The notes below the pieces were generated by a model, which was not told the origin of the DNA, did not search any database, and saw only the letters and a program-made list of their open reading frames with translations. From NCBI RefSeq assembly GCF_006345805.1, contig NC_043002.1, forward strand, positions 31,992,001 to 32,056,000: 64,000 nt of DNA, written 5' to 3'. Shown piece by piece: positions 1 through 13,665 of this stretch; position 1 is the stretch's first letter; each line of letters starts with the position of its first letter. The position numbers were made by a program, and so were the translations under genes. The DNA comes from Octopus sinensis. Its lineage: Eukaryota.

Positions 1-118
1 TTGTTCTGTCGACCTTGTAAACATGTAAGGCAATAGAGATTTCGGCAGAATTTAAACACATTGCTGACGATTACGCCGATTCACAGCCTTCTTCGTTCTT
101 GAATCTATTAGACTTATA

Positions 119-335
119 GGGACCGGTTTCCCGGTTTCCATGGCGTATGTATTTCCAACAAGGACGGGACAGGTCCGTCGCAGGATTACTCATTTTCGCC
201 AGCTGTGTGGACTGGAGCAACGTGAAATGAAGTGCTTTGCACAAGAGAGCACACGTGTCGCCCGTCCGGGAAACGAAACCACAATCTTACGATCATGAAC
301 CTAACACCCCTAACCACTTAACCACGCGCTTCCAC
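119..335 (-). mobile_element. tRNA-headed SINE, family C (V-domain-like core)
   Basis: Reverse complement reads gtggaagcgcgtggttaagtggttagg...catgatcgtaagattgtggtttcg...cctgcgacggac...tacgccatggaaaccgggaaaccggtccc. The same element recurs at 5795-6035 and as fragments at 7575-7745 and 13525-13610. Confidence 0.8.
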
Positions 336-523
336 TCACCGCCTTGCTATTAATGATATTAATACGGTTTTAAATGTTTGCCACAGAGCCATTAGATTCT
401 GAGAAGAGGAAGAAATCGATTACACCTTCTCAAATAAATGGGTGGTACTTATTTTATCGAACTCGATATAAGTATGTATGGACGTGTATGCATGCATATA
501 GACACACCCATATGTAAAGATAG

Positions 524-566
<43 letters not shown>

Positions 567-1505
567 ATTATATATATATATATATGTCTATATAAGTGTT
601 TATACATGCATACATATATACATACATGCATATGGATATATAAGGGAAAGAGAAAGAAGCCATTTCATATTGATTATATAGTGATGCGAATTATTTGAAA
701 CTGGAATTTCGCAACATTCTGTTCTAAGTTTTAGAAGCTGCTTTTCATCAAGATGAAAACAATTGCAAAATTTCAATTTTAAGAAGCTGATATTTGAATA
801 TCCTAAAGAATGATAGTTGAATATAGTGAAAAATATGAATATATGCATTTTATTATATAATGTCTTATAATATTATACAACATACAGTAATGAACACACA
901 CACACACATATACACACATACATACATACGTACATACATACATACATACATACACACACATACATACATACATACATACATACATACATACATACATACA
1001 TACATACATACATACATACATACATACATACATACATAACCGAAGTTGGTACGCCTATTGTTCTCGCAGAACACCAGAGAAAAGAATAATTTCTTTGTTA
1101 TCTCCCTTCCACCTTGAAGCATCAGCCACTTAACGCTTATTCTGCAACGCAGATGATGATGACGTCAATATTTAAGGGATACGTCATTTTATTCAGGCAG
1201 ATTTTAAAAAAAAGCAACGAAGCTACTATTGTCTTACGATCTGCGTCTATGTGACGGTTATCTCATGTATATGTATATCGTTGGATACACGCTATCCTTA
1301 TGTTATATGTAAGAGAATAACTGATTAACTATGAATTAAAAATGGAGATCTCAAACTATCACGATACCAACGATTGTTCAAGAGATATATGGCTGACAAG
1401 ATAGTAGATTAAATTGCCGATATAGTCTATATATATACATGTATATATTTAAGTTCTATATACAAGCTTGTATATATGCATGTGCAAATAAATGTGTATG
1501 ACACA

Positions 1506-1710
1506 CACGAGGGGATATTACTATGTTTCTGGCTTTTGGGTAAAAGATAATAGAGGTGGATTAGTTAATTATGACTTTATTAAGCATGTTTCCCTTTCAG
1601 GTTCATACACTTATTGCAGCGATCCTTCAGTTTCTCTAAGCCCTGTAAAAGCCTGTAAAAATTCGGGCCTCCAACCAAGCTTTTCGCGATATTCTTAAAA
1701 CCAGGCAAGT
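1506..1710 (-). mobile_element. mariner-type transposon 3' end remnant with one TIR
   Basis: Minus strand translates to ...NFYRLLQGLEKLKDRCNKCMNLKGKHA*, resembling the mariner C-terminus (GIEKL..RW.KC..L.G). The left edge begins cacgagggg, like mariner TIRs. Confidence 0.5.
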
Positions 1711-2004
1711 TTCAGCACCCCTTAAATATATATATATGTATGTATATAACTATATGTATAAATGTGTGTCTCTTTTTCTGTCTCTCTATCTGTATGTATG
1801 TATGTATGTATGTATGTATGTATGTATGTATGTATGTATGTATGCATGCATGTATGTATGTATGTTAAAAATATCTTCTTGCACAAGCATTGCACGAGAA
1901 CAACAGTGATTGATTGATTAAATTGATTAACTAATTCATGATTGTTGATGGTGCTGTGAGTCTCAACTGAATGGCTGGCTGTAGCCTTAAAAAACAAAAA
2001 ATCA

Positions 2005-3378
2005 ATGATATACCAAAACAGTATAAAAATAAATCGCAGTAAGGACTCTGGAACCAAATCAGCCGAAAGGGTCTGGCCCGGCAGGGGCTCCAGAGTATCA
2101 CAGTCTGAACCCGGCCGTCATCATGCTACTGTGATAGAACCAAAGAAAATATTGAATATTGGCTGTTGGAACATACGGACACTGCTTGACCGCAAGTCCT
2201 CTGAATGTCCTGAAAGAAGGACTGCGCTTGTTGCGAAGGAGCTTCAACGCTATGATCGTAACATCGTTGCTTTATCTGAGACGAGATTACATGGAGATGG
2301 TCATCTTACAGAATCTTGTGGAAAATATACATTCTTTTGGAAAGGGAGGAATGAAGAGTTTAGAGGAGAAGCTGGAGTGGCATTTGCTGTTAAGACTACT
2401 CTTGTGGACACGTTGGAAGAATTCCCAGTCTGAATTAATGAGCGTCTTATATCCATGAGAATTCCTTTGCTTAAAGGAAATTATATGACCTTGGTGAGTG
2501 TGTATGCTCCAACTATGTGCTATACTGATGACGAAAAACTTTCTTTCTACCATGCTTTGAAGTCGCATTATCAGAAATATCCCTCGGGCAGACAAAGTCA
2601 TTGTACTGGGTGACTTTAATGCTAGAGTGGGGTAGGGATTTTAACACATAGACTGTAATTGGAAAGCATGGAGTGGGGAAGTGTAATAGTAATGGCATGC
2701 TTTTGCTGCAGATGTGTGAGGAGCTGCGTCTGTGTGTTACCAATACCATGTTTCAACAAAAGAATAAGTTTAAGACTACATGGATGCACCCTGCATCTAA
2801 AGAATGGCATATTCTGGATTACATCTTTGTTAGGGTGCGTGACAGACAGGATGTGCAGTGTGTTCGTGTTCTTCGTGGAGCTGACTGTTGGACTGACCAG
2901 TACAGACGTGTAAAAGGGAAATTAGTCACAAAACATAAAATCCGAGCTGCAGGGATTACCCTGCCTAAAAGACTGAATGTTGATCGTCTTAGGTATAATA
3001 GTGTGAAGAGAACTTTACGAGAGGAAATGAATGCTGCAGATATTGGGGAGGTTTGGCCGACCCTTAAAAAGTCAGTTTATGACATAGGCAAGAACGTTCT
3101 GGGATTGATACAAAGAAAGCATCAAGATTGGTTTAAAGAAAATGATGAACATATAGATGATAAAAGACGTACTTTGTCACGATATTTGTCAACAAAGCCA
3201 CAGGAAAGGGAAGTGATCTCCACATAAACCAAAAAATGAGGTATAAGGACTTGCTGAAGGCTTCCTTAAGAGATGCTTGCATCTCTCCTGACACATGGGA
3301 AGGCATAGCTATTGATCGTAACAGGTGGAGAAGGATTGTGCACGAGGGGATAGCCACTTTTGAAGTCACATGATCTCG
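2005..3378 (+). mobile_element. RTE (BovB-like) LINE remnant: APE endonuclease plus C-terminus, RT domain absent
   Basis: ORF pieces IGCWNIRTLLD...ELQRYD..VALSETRL, GDFNA region, TWMHPASKEWHILDYIFVR and HQDWFKEND are followed almost directly by MRYKDLLKASLRDACISPDTWEGIAIDRNRWRRIVHEG. Frameshifts and stops are present. Confidence 0.9.
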
Positions 3379-3835
3379 CAATTTCGTTGGGTATGCAATC
3401 ACATTCTCGTTCTCTACGTTATATATCTGTTCTTTAATCCATCATGCGTCTAACTGAGAGGACCTTTCAAAGTGAATACCTTAGTATTCGATGTTCTATC
3501 AAGACATCCACTTTACGTTGGGTATAAAGATTGCCGTTTGATATTAAGACCGTTCCGTTGCTAACAAATAGTTGTAATAAAAACAGAAAAAAACGTAATC
3601 TGTAGTTTAAGCTTCACAGTGCATACACGTGTTTTAGTAAAATGACTGTCATTATTACGTAACACAAATGCCAAGACTGCGCAATACAATCAGTCCACTT
3701 CAGTATTCGCAGAGAAATATGGATAACTCTGTGGAATGCTTGCCTTAATTTCTTTCAGTTATGCAAATTACATTCAGCATCAATGATAGAACAGAGTAGA
3801 GGGTGAGCGAATATGAAGCAGTACACTGGTGTATG

Positions 3836-3932
<97 letters not shown>

Positions 3933-4680
3933 GTATACGTACACGCTCTATATTAAACACTTCTCTGTGTCTAAAATATGTTTTTGTGTTTCTCTTTCTT
4001 TATGTGGTGCAGTTCGTTATGAATTATACGATAGCAATAACTAGTATATTCAGAATGACTTGGTAATTTAACTCACATAGCAACCAACACTTAGATAATG
4101 TTAAAAAAATTATTGCTTCTTAATATTATCTCGATATATATTGGTATGTTTGTCTAAACTTAAAAAGTTATTGCTTTGTTGTTGATATAGCCAAACTCAT
4201 GGCCATAATTCTAATCGCTACTGTTGTTGTTATTATTGTTCGTTTTTTCTCGTCAGAATTGCTGAATTTCTTGTTATCTTTGGCAGCAATAAAAAGTCTG
4301 TGTGACCCCAATGTCGATGACCTCTCAAATTCCCATTCAACTCTACACCCCCAACATCGACAAGTTCCCCCATAGTGCAGAGGTCCTGGTTGCGGAATCA
4401 TTTACAAGACTATTATTAATTTTACACATTGCTCTAAATCCAGCAGCACCCACACCTCCAGGTTTAACATAGTCTTCTAGTCGAATATATCTTTACTGCT
4501 TTCAGACAAATGGGAAATGTTTTATAGTTATATCCATAAACTATTCCACATTTACTTTTGTAGGTGTGCGTACATATGCACACTCAGACAAAACCTCAAA
4601 ATTACTGACACACGCATACCAAAACATTCACGCATAATGAAGCCTAAGATAAAGAAAACCAAGTCATATCATACATATGA

Positions 4681-4951
4681 CCGGTGGAGACACATTCGCG
4701 GTCGAGGGATTGCGGGTTCGAATCTCAGACCGGGTGGTGTGTGTTTATGAGCGAAACACCAAAGCTCCATGCGGCTCCGACAGAAGGTAATGGCGAACTT
4801 CTGCTGACTCTTTCGCCACAACTTTCTCTCACTCTTTCCTCCTGCATCTTGCAGCTCACCTGCGACGGACCGGCGTCCCGTCCAGGTGGGAGGCCTATAC
4901 GCCACAGAGACCGGGAAACCGGCCCGAATGAGCCAGGCGTGGCTTGAGAAG
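4681..4951 (+). mobile_element. tRNA-headed SINE with V-domain-like 3' part (variant of family C)
   Basis: B-box-like ggttcgaatc, followed by cctgcgacggaccggcgtcccgtccagg...tacgccacagagaccgggaaaccggccc, which is shared with family C. Confidence 0.75.
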
Positions 4952-5794
4952 GAACAAACAATACATATAAATGTATATAAAATATATCTTCGTATTCCGA
5001 GCAGCCGCAGCATTAAGTAACAGGTACAGTACATTCATTGGTCGAATAAAAATGATAAATAAATAAACAAAAGATAAAGAAACCCTTTGAAGCAAGAAAA
5101 TTCAGCAGTGTAGTATCAGTTCCACTGGAATATTTCGCTGTAAGATAATCAAACAACTGTTTGGCTTTTGTACAAATTATCGACCAACTTATACTATCCA
5201 GCAATTTATTTTTCTTTAATCCACACGAAAAGTAAATTCTTCATCTCTTCAATGAAGTTCTTACGTGATTTATTAAGTTTGCTTATTCCCATAGCTACTA
5301 GTTTTAATTTATATTTGTTTTTCAGTATACCGCATGTTGTTGATTTTGTGACTCTATAGCCCGAAATAAAGTTCCTAACACTTGTTCCATTTTTATGTTT
5401 ATATATTAATTCATTCTTAGTTTCTGTGATTTTTATGAAAATTTGATTTTCTGGCTCAGTCGTTTTATTTTTATAGCTTTTCTCAAAAATATGAAGAAAA
5501 AAGACGAAATTTCTATATATAATATGAAAATCTGTAAACTACATGAAAAGGGTATATTGATTGAAGCTAACAAAGCTTTCGTATATGGGTACTCCACTTC
5601 ACACACATACATACACACAAGCACCTGCACATATGCATATGCATATACATTTGCATGTATATGTATATAAGTATGTATGTTTGTGTATGTATATATATAT
5701 GAATATACATACATATATACACACAAACATATGTATGTGCATGTGTGTGTGCGCGTGTGTATATATGCGTGTGTGTGTGTGTGTGTGTTTGCCA

Positions 5795-6035
5795 GCTTTA
5801 GTGATTAGGGTACCGGATTCATGATCGTAAGATTGTGGTTTCCATACCTGGACCGGGTGATGCGTTGAGTTCATGAGCAAAACACTTCATTTCGCGTTAC
5901 TCCAATCCACTCAGCTGGCAAAAATGAATAATCCCGTGACGGACTGGCGTCCCCACCTTCTGGGAAACCTATACGCCATTGAAACCGGGAAACTGTCCTT
6001 TATGAATCACTATGACAGGAGAAGGTAACTTTACC
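5795..6035 (+). mobile_element. SINE family C
   Basis: catgatcgtaagattgtggtttc...gtgacggactggcgtccc...tacgccattgaaaccgggaaac matches the copy at 119-335. Confidence 0.8.
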
Positions 6036-6077
6036 TTTGTTAAATATATACATACGCATATATATATATATATATAA

Positions 6078-6126
<49 letters not shown>

Positions 6127-6354
6127 ATATATATATGTATGTATATATATGTATATATATATGTATATATATATATATATATAATCTCTCTCAATATATA
6201 AATATAAAACAGTTGTGCCACAAGGTACCAATGGAAGTAGCAGTGGATAACCATACGCCCAATGTAAAGCTTTACTGAATGTATACTGGCAAAAAGTGCA
6301 GGCAACGGATATAAAGAAATTCTATTATGAACACTGAATAGATGAACAACAATA

Positions 6355-6840
6355 GGCGCAGGAGTGGCTTTGTGTCAAGTAGCTATAGCCGCAGGCGTGG
6401 CTGTGTGGGAAGTAGCTTACTTACCAACCACATGGTTCCGGGTTCAGTCCCACTGCGTGGCACCTTGAGCAAGTGTCTTCTACTATAGCCTCGGGCTGAC
6501 CAAAGCATTTTGAGTGGATTTGGTAGACGGAAACTAAAAGAAGCCCGTCGTATATGCATATATGTGTGTGTGTGTATGTGTGTGTGTGTATGTTTGTGTG
6601 TGTGTATGTTTGTGTGTGTATGTTTGTGTGTCTGTGTTTGTCCCCCCAACATCGCTTAACAACCGATGGTGGCGTATTTACGTCCCGTAACTTAGCGGTT
6701 CGGCGTAAGAGACCGATAGAATAAGTACTCGGCTTGCAAAGAATAAGTCCTGGGGTCGATTTGCTCGACTAAAGGCGGTGCTCCAGCATGGCCGCAGTCA
6801 AATGACTGAAACAAGTAAAAGAGTAAAAGAGTAAAAGAGT
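6355..6840 (+). mobile_element. SINE family A (tRNA head, CORE-like block, internal microsatellite, gagtaaaa tail)
   Basis: A/B-box-like head gtggctgtgtgg...ggttcagtccc, CORE-like caccttgagcaagtgtcttc, internal (TG)n and tail ggcggtgctccagcatggccgcagtcaaatgactgaaacaagtaaaagagt. Four further near-complete copies lie in the window. Confidence 0.92.
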
Positions 6841-7020
6841 AACCTAGAGTAGATAATCTAGTACTCGGGTTTCGGACTTTCCTAATACGCCTGTTATCGT
6901 AAATTCGGTTAGTCGCCATCAGCTACATTCACCGAAAACGAAATTTCAAATTATTCCTTAATTCAATGCCAGTATATTCGCTTGTAAATAGTACCGAAAT
7001 CAGTGAAAAAGTTTTACATA

Positions 7021-7473
7021 AAAATATAAATAATATTGGAATATAATAGTATTATTTTCCAGCTAAATATAGCACTGTAAAGGTAGAACTACAAGTATAA
7101 AATAATGGTACAACAAGGCACCAATGTTCACTGGAAATAGGATTCGATAACCGTGCAATGTTATGTGAAGCTTCACAGAATATATACTGGCAAAGATGTG
7201 TGCGGGGCAAGAATATAAAATATTTTCGTCTTACCTCTAGCAAGAACACCGGATAGATTAACAATCTAGAGTGGATAATCTAGTACTCGAATTTCGGACA
7301 TTCCTAATACGCCTGTCATCGTAAATTCGTCTAGTCCTCATCAGCTAGATTCACTGAACTCGAAATTTTAAAATATTCGTTACGTCAATACCAGTATATT
7401 CGGTTGAAGCTTTATGGTGTTTTATTTAGCTGGAAAATAATGCTATTGTATTCCAATGATATTTCTAATTTTT
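7021..7473. repeat. MITE-like unit with ~60-bp terminal inverted repeats
   Basis: 7021-7082 is the reverse complement (about 80% by eye) of 7410-7473. The interior duplicates sequence at 6221-6354 and 6844-6980. Confidence 0.6.
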
Positions 7474-7574
7474 ATATCAATGTCTACAAATATACATATC
7501 ACTATTTCGACCAGTCTATTGGATGTTGTTATACAACGCTGGTAACAAACATTGCGCTTCCTGTATGTTTCAAA

Positions 7575-7745
7575 TGAAGCCATGCCGCTAGCTAGGAGAA
7601 CAGACAAATATTCCCCCTGAACAGAATGCTAGTCCGTAGCAAATTACTCATTTACAGTTTAGTGAACTGGAGCAACATGAAATGAAGAGTGTTGCTCAAG
7701 AACACAACGCGCAAACGGTCTGGGAATTGAAAACACGGTCTTGAT
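7575..7745 (-). mobile_element. degenerate SINE family C fragment
   Basis: ttactcatttacag...ctggagcaacatgaaatgaag...gctcaagaacacaacgcg matches the 119-335 copy. Confidence 0.6.
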
Positions 7746-8118
7746 ATATGTATATATATATATATATATTTAAATATATAATCTACGAGTATATATATAT
7801 ATATGTTTGTAGGGTGGGTGCATGTGCATAAAGGTCGAGTTCAAATAAATGTATTCGAAAAGGAAAAGTGACAGATGATATTGTGGAAGTTGGTGTTGAT
7901 AACTTTTAGGCACCAAAAAATGTTTAGTTAGATAAGGAAATAAATAAATTTGGGAACTATAACTATCTCCATTTATCTTCAGTTATTTTTAGGATATATC
8001 GTTATTTTATATCTCTAGATTACATCGGGTTCTTTGTACAGGTCCTGGTCTCGTTGTCGAATAACTTAACGTAAACTGCTTGTTGATAACGGTGTTTAAC
8101 ACTAAGTTATATTCAAAA

Positions 8119-8171
<53 letters not shown>

Positions 8172-9494
8172 ATATATATATACATACATATATGTATGTA
8201 TGTATGTATACATATATAGATGTGCATGTGCGTGTGTGTATATTTATATACATTTTTCATATGGTCTACACTAAGTGTAATATTAGTATAGAATAGCACT
8301 GATATCGTTGGTAGGTGGGTGGCTGGTGTACTTACTTGTATGGATAAAAAATACATACAATTGTTATATAGGCGCATATCCTTATTGCTTTACTTTTACA
8401 TTCTGTCTGTTTATCACGATGTTATCTTACTATAATCAACAACAAACAAATCTAAAAGTCTTTATTATATAAAAAAAAAACCCATCAAAACATGAAGGTA
8501 AAGCAAATCAAATAGTGGGTTATACACCGGAAAATACGGTAATTATAGTGGCAGTGACAAGTTCGCTTGCTGGTTGCTATTTGAAAGTGTAGAAGGGATG
8601 GAAAGAGTAAGGAAAGCACGGTGCTGACTAGAAAGGAAGAAAGGATAAAAGTGGCATCGTCTTCGCTCGACATACGATTAGAACAGAGAGGTAACATTTG
8701 GGAGAGGTGACTTGAAAGTTGTTCCTCTTCGATTACTATCGCAAACAGCAGTAACTTTCTTCAACCGAATACACGTCGTTGATTTGTTGAAGTTACCCAA
8801 CCAAATACGACAACTTTAACAAGAAATAACTTCTAAAATATCAAATTTTCTCAAAAATTTTCAAAGTAAACCGTGTTCTGGGCGAGACGTTCCCCCAGTA
8901 TACGAAGTTTCAAACTGTTCAGTTAAAAAAAAAATATCATTAAAAACATCTGTGAGCCAAACTGAACAGTTCTGAAGCTCACCGAAATATTCAGCTTCCA
9001 TGTGCGATCATCCCAGACCACAGTAAAAATCCATTTGGTGGCAGTAACTGAACAATTAATTCGGATATAAGATATAACATATTTGTTCAGCCTATAGTTT
9101 AAACAGAAAAAAAAAATCTGAAAAGAGGGTGGTCGAAGGTATCGGGTAGTCATTGTTTTGAGCAGTTACCCTCCAGAATTTCGGATCGTTATATTTTTGT
9201 AGTACATAATATATGAATCACAAAAATTCGTATATGTATGTTTTTGTATGTGCGTGTGTCTGTCGGTGTGCGTACTTTCTAAAAGGAGTGGTTATAAGCT
9301 GTTCTTTCTTTAGTTTAGATATTTTACGGACAATATGGCCAGTTCCTAGGTGTGATGTTTCTTTGTGCTTCGTTTATGAAATCTTTCTAGGATCTTTTAT
9401 GTTCTTTATTTTCCCCTCCTTTTCCTTCCTTACCGTCAACATCCTCCTGCTCTTCCCCTCTCCTCCCCCTCTCCCTCGTCTTGACTTGTTTTTC

Positions 9495-9768
9495 ATCGTA
9501 ATCATGACCATGATCATAATCATAATCATCATCGCTGTCTTCGTCATCGTCATAATCATCATCATCATCGTAGTCGTCGTCGTCGTCGTAATCATCATCA
9601 TCATTATCATCATCACCATCATCTTCCTTTCCTTCTATTCCTCTTTTTCTTCTTTTTCTTCATCATTACTTTTGTTGTGGCAGTAGTGGCAGTAGTGGTA
9701 GTAGTAGTAGTAGTAGTAGTAGCAGTAGTAGTAGTAGTAGTGGCGGTGGTGGTGGTGGTGGTGGTGGT

Positions 9769-9811
<43 letters not shown>

Positions 9812-10500
9812 AGTGCTTCAAGCTGTAAGAGGATGGCAATTACTGGGTTGATGGTGGTGGTGACGGCGACGATATCGGCTGCGCCGTTAGTGGTGGTGGT
9901 GTTGGTGGCGTGAGCGGCGATAGAGGCGGCAGCGGTGGAGGTGGCGACAGTGGAGGCAGCGACAGTGGAGGCGGCGATGGTGGAGGCGGTGGGGGCGGCA
10001 GCGGTGGCAGCGGTGGCGGTGGCGGCGGTGGCGGCGGTGGCGGCGGTGGTGGTGGTGGTTTGTGGTAGGTTTTCTAAGAAAGAGAAATGTCAGAAGGTTG
10101 GTGGATCTGGTTACTTTGAGGAAGAAAGAGATGAAGGCGGAATGGAAATGAAAACAATGAAAGAAAGAAAGAATAAAAAGAAGGGTGGAGTGGATAAGAA
10201 AAATAGCAGAAAGATGTGGGGGAGGATAGAAAAGGAGGAAGAGAAAGAAGAGGGCGTACTGAAGGACTATAGAGCAAAATGAAATACAAAACTAATAAAT
10301 AAATAAAAAACAGAGGAGCAAAGAACAAAGGAGGCAGATATAGGAATAAAAAGAAAAGAAGAAAGAAGGGGGTGGAAGAAGAGAAATTAAAAGAAGAAAA
10401 ATAAAATTAAATTGAAAGAAAGAAAGATAGGAAGAAGTAAAAGAAGAAAAGAAGGAAAGAAGGAAAAGGGAAATGAAAATGGTGGAAATATATAAATGTA
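9495..10500. repeat. compound triplet repeats (ATC, GTA, GGT, GCG) followed by a purine-rich tract
   Basis: Directly visible simple repeats. The poly-I, poly-M and poly-A/V ORFs here are artefacts. Confidence 0.9.
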
Positions 10501-13500
10501 TAAAATGAAGTGTTAGGGGTAAAGAAAAAAAAACTGGAAATAAAATGGCGAAGGGAAGGCAAAATAAACATAGTTGATAAATGCAGGAAGAAATATAATC
10601 GGCATAGTGTGGCGGCGTAGGTGTAGTTCTTCGTGGTGTTCGCTTTGTTGTTGTTGCTGTGGTGGTGGTCGGTTGTACTGCTGATGGTAGTATTGGTCGT
10701 GCGAGATTATTTTTTTAGGGTTGATCATGTTGGGGAGTGATATTAGTAGTTTTGTTTTTAGTAAAAGGGAAATACAAATTTAGTGCCGAAGATTTTGCCC
10801 AAACCACCACCATCCTTTTTATTAATTCTTTTTGTTTTTCTTTAATGTTAGATTAACCATGACGTCATTACTGTTCTGGAAAATTTCAGAGAAGGGCTTG
10901 GCCGGAAATAAAATATTAGAAAATGGTGTTACTAGTAGTCATAGAGCCAGCGGTAATTCACCTCGATAAATATTGTATATGTGCACTTAAGATTGTGGAG
11001 TTTTAAAATTATTTATTATTGCTTTTGTTGTTGTTACTTTTATTACTACTACTGTTGTTGTTCTTTTTTTCACCCTTGCTTCACCCCCAATTAACAGGCA
11101 TATTATTAAGTTATGCCAACCATGGCCGACATCTCTGTCTTTCTTTCAAATTCGAAGATAGACATCATCTAATATATCCTTCGCTTTGTTTAAGACGATA
11201 GACTATCGTTTAAGTGAGATTAGCTGATATATCTCGCAGCAGGTTAAGGGACCACGTAGGGAGTTCCTTGTTGTAGCAAAAACTACAAGTGTTTAGTATT
11301 TTCTTTTCTGCATTAGCGACGGAAGTAGTGTTAGTTCAAAATAGCATTCTGCAAATCACACTTTAAACTTTCAACAATATATTTACTTTAAGTATAATAT
11401 ACATATTTCTTTTTTTTTATTTTAGGTGTTTGTTATCAGAATACGCGTCATAGTAAAGTTAGTAAGTCAATATACAAAAACAAGTGAACCTAATATTTAG
11501 CCAATAATGAACCAGTACAACATTCAACAAAGCCATCAATGCTCATACGACAATCAACAAGCCAACCAAGGAATTCTACAAGCTACACATACGATAATCG
11601 ACAAGCTAGTCAAGAAGCCAATCAACAGGACAAGCAATACGACTATCAACAAATTAACCAGTAGGACAACTAACTATTTAACCAATAAACCAATAAGAAT
11701 AAACTAATACAACCAACACACCAACGAATAAAACAACCCACGACCGAGTTCTTTAACCAATCAACAAGCCAGCCAATAACTCAAGTAACAAGTCAATAAA
11801 CGCGACAATTTTATGTAATTGCTATTGCACTAAAAATGGTTCCAAACATTAAAATGTATGATAGATTATAAGAAAAGGTTTAAGTGAACAAACACTTATA
11901 TGTAATGAGTGACGAAATGCACCTTGTTATGGTTCATCCATGCAGAAGGCGTCTCTTAAAATTTATGTTCCAAGTCATTCGTTTAAACTATCACGCTATC
12001 AGTGCTTACACAGGAAAACTTCCTATGAATATCCCCGTCGTCGGAACGTGCGAATATACAGGACTACGTTTACTGAGGAGGTCTAATAACATAGGAACGC
12101 GTCTACAGTTGTCATGATACTCAGATTCACTCGCTACTTCATGATCTCATTTTATCTCTAGTTATTTTTATTAAATTAAACTTCGCTCATGTCCCCCTTG
12201 ACTACAATTTCTTTTCTTTCCACATGACGGGTTAATACGTTAATTCATTAATCATTTATACATGATGACGTTAAGTATATTAGCACAGCTTTTACTATCT
12301 CTAACACATTGTAAAGCTGTTTTCTTTTTGCTAGAGAACAGAAATTTGCAAATGTATTTATCTATGGGATTGTGGAGAAAGGACAAGAAGTCAATATTTA
12401 TAGACAGTTCAGACGTAAATTTACATCTAACACAACGACCCAGTTTGATTGTCGGTTGATACACATTCCTGACACTTCACACCACCACTGATGCCCTCGG
12501 GAAAGTCAAGAACTTTACAACTTCTTATTCTCCCCTCTTTCATTTATAAATAAATATACGGCCTAATAAAACACGAAACAAAGCTACATCTTTAGAAGGT
12601 TTCTAATATTTTGGAATACCGTAAATATCACGAGATCACTTCATCAATCCTGCTTAGTTTTAGAATAACAGTTTCATGTCTTAATGTCAACACTGTCGCA
12701 ACCAACACGGCAGCTACCAACAACATCGGCACCGACAACCATCTCACAGACGCAACACCTGACATTCTACCTCCAACACCAATATCCACTCACCACCCCT
12801 GCCAACAACACACCAGTACAGCTACCGCTACTAGGATCCTCCACCCCTACTAGCACTACTATTATTATAGCAAGACATCCGTTTTAAAACCACTAATAAT
12901 AATCGCTTCTAACTTCTTTTTTGCAAGGAACCAGAGCGGAGCCTCTTCGGAGTCGGTCAAACTGCAAGAAATGATAACCAGGCACCCTCATATAACATTC
13001 TCCATCGCCTTCAAAATAAAGCAAAAAAAAAAAAAAAGGAAAGAGTCACACGAGCTAATGTGGTTCCGAAGGACAGGCAGGTCATGGCTAGATTGTCTTT
13101 GATTAAAGTGCTGATTTGAGGTTAAAAGCAACAATAACAACACTAACCTATTTCAGATATAAATATAAAGATTTGAATGTATATATAACAGCATTTATCT
13201 CAAATAATGTATAAAGGTTTAACACACCAATGATAACTGCGAAGAATGAATAATTATCGTACACGAGTCGTGGCATCTTAAGGTATGAACGCACTGGGCA
13301 ATTACCGGGTGGTCACGGGTCTATGGGCCATATATTAATTTACGTTTGCTATGCCTTACCTAAACTTAAGTCTGTCATGAGCCATAGCACTCATAACACC
13401 GGAGTTTAACCAGATTTCCATAGTATATTAATGAATAAGATTGCAATACTCCCACTGAAGTTAACTTTCTAGCTATTGCTAGAACTAATTTATAGCTAAG

Positions 13501-13524
13501 TGAACTACACCTACGTGTTTTGCT

Positions 13525-13610
13525 CGAGAACATAACGCACTCTGCCCGACCTGGGAAGCGAAAATACAATCTTATGATCATGAATGCAACGCAGTAACTA
13601 CTATGCTACT
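13525..13610 (-). mobile_element. SINE family C 5' fragment
   Basis: acaatcttatgatcatgaatgcaacgcagtaactact matches the head of family C. Confidence 0.55.
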
Positions 13611-13665
13611 CATTTTCAAAGTAGTTTACTATAAGCAATTGTACATTATTTTGTATAGAAATATA

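Noticed and set aside
1601-1704. Apparent plus-strand exon with a GC-AG donor
   Set aside because: All three frames hit stops, and the minus strand is better explained as a mariner 3' end.
6385-6460. tRNA genes at SINE heads
   Set aside because: A/B-box-like motifs are present but there is no complete cloverleaf, and each continues into a SINE body.
9213-10282. Hydrophobic poly-Ile/Val and Ala-rich ORFs
   Set aside because: They are translations of triplet repeats, with no unique domain.
12335-12414. Possible exon EQKFANVFIYGIVEKGQEVNIYRQFR
   Set aside because: The acceptor is plausible but the donor is weak, and I recognise no homology or partner exon.
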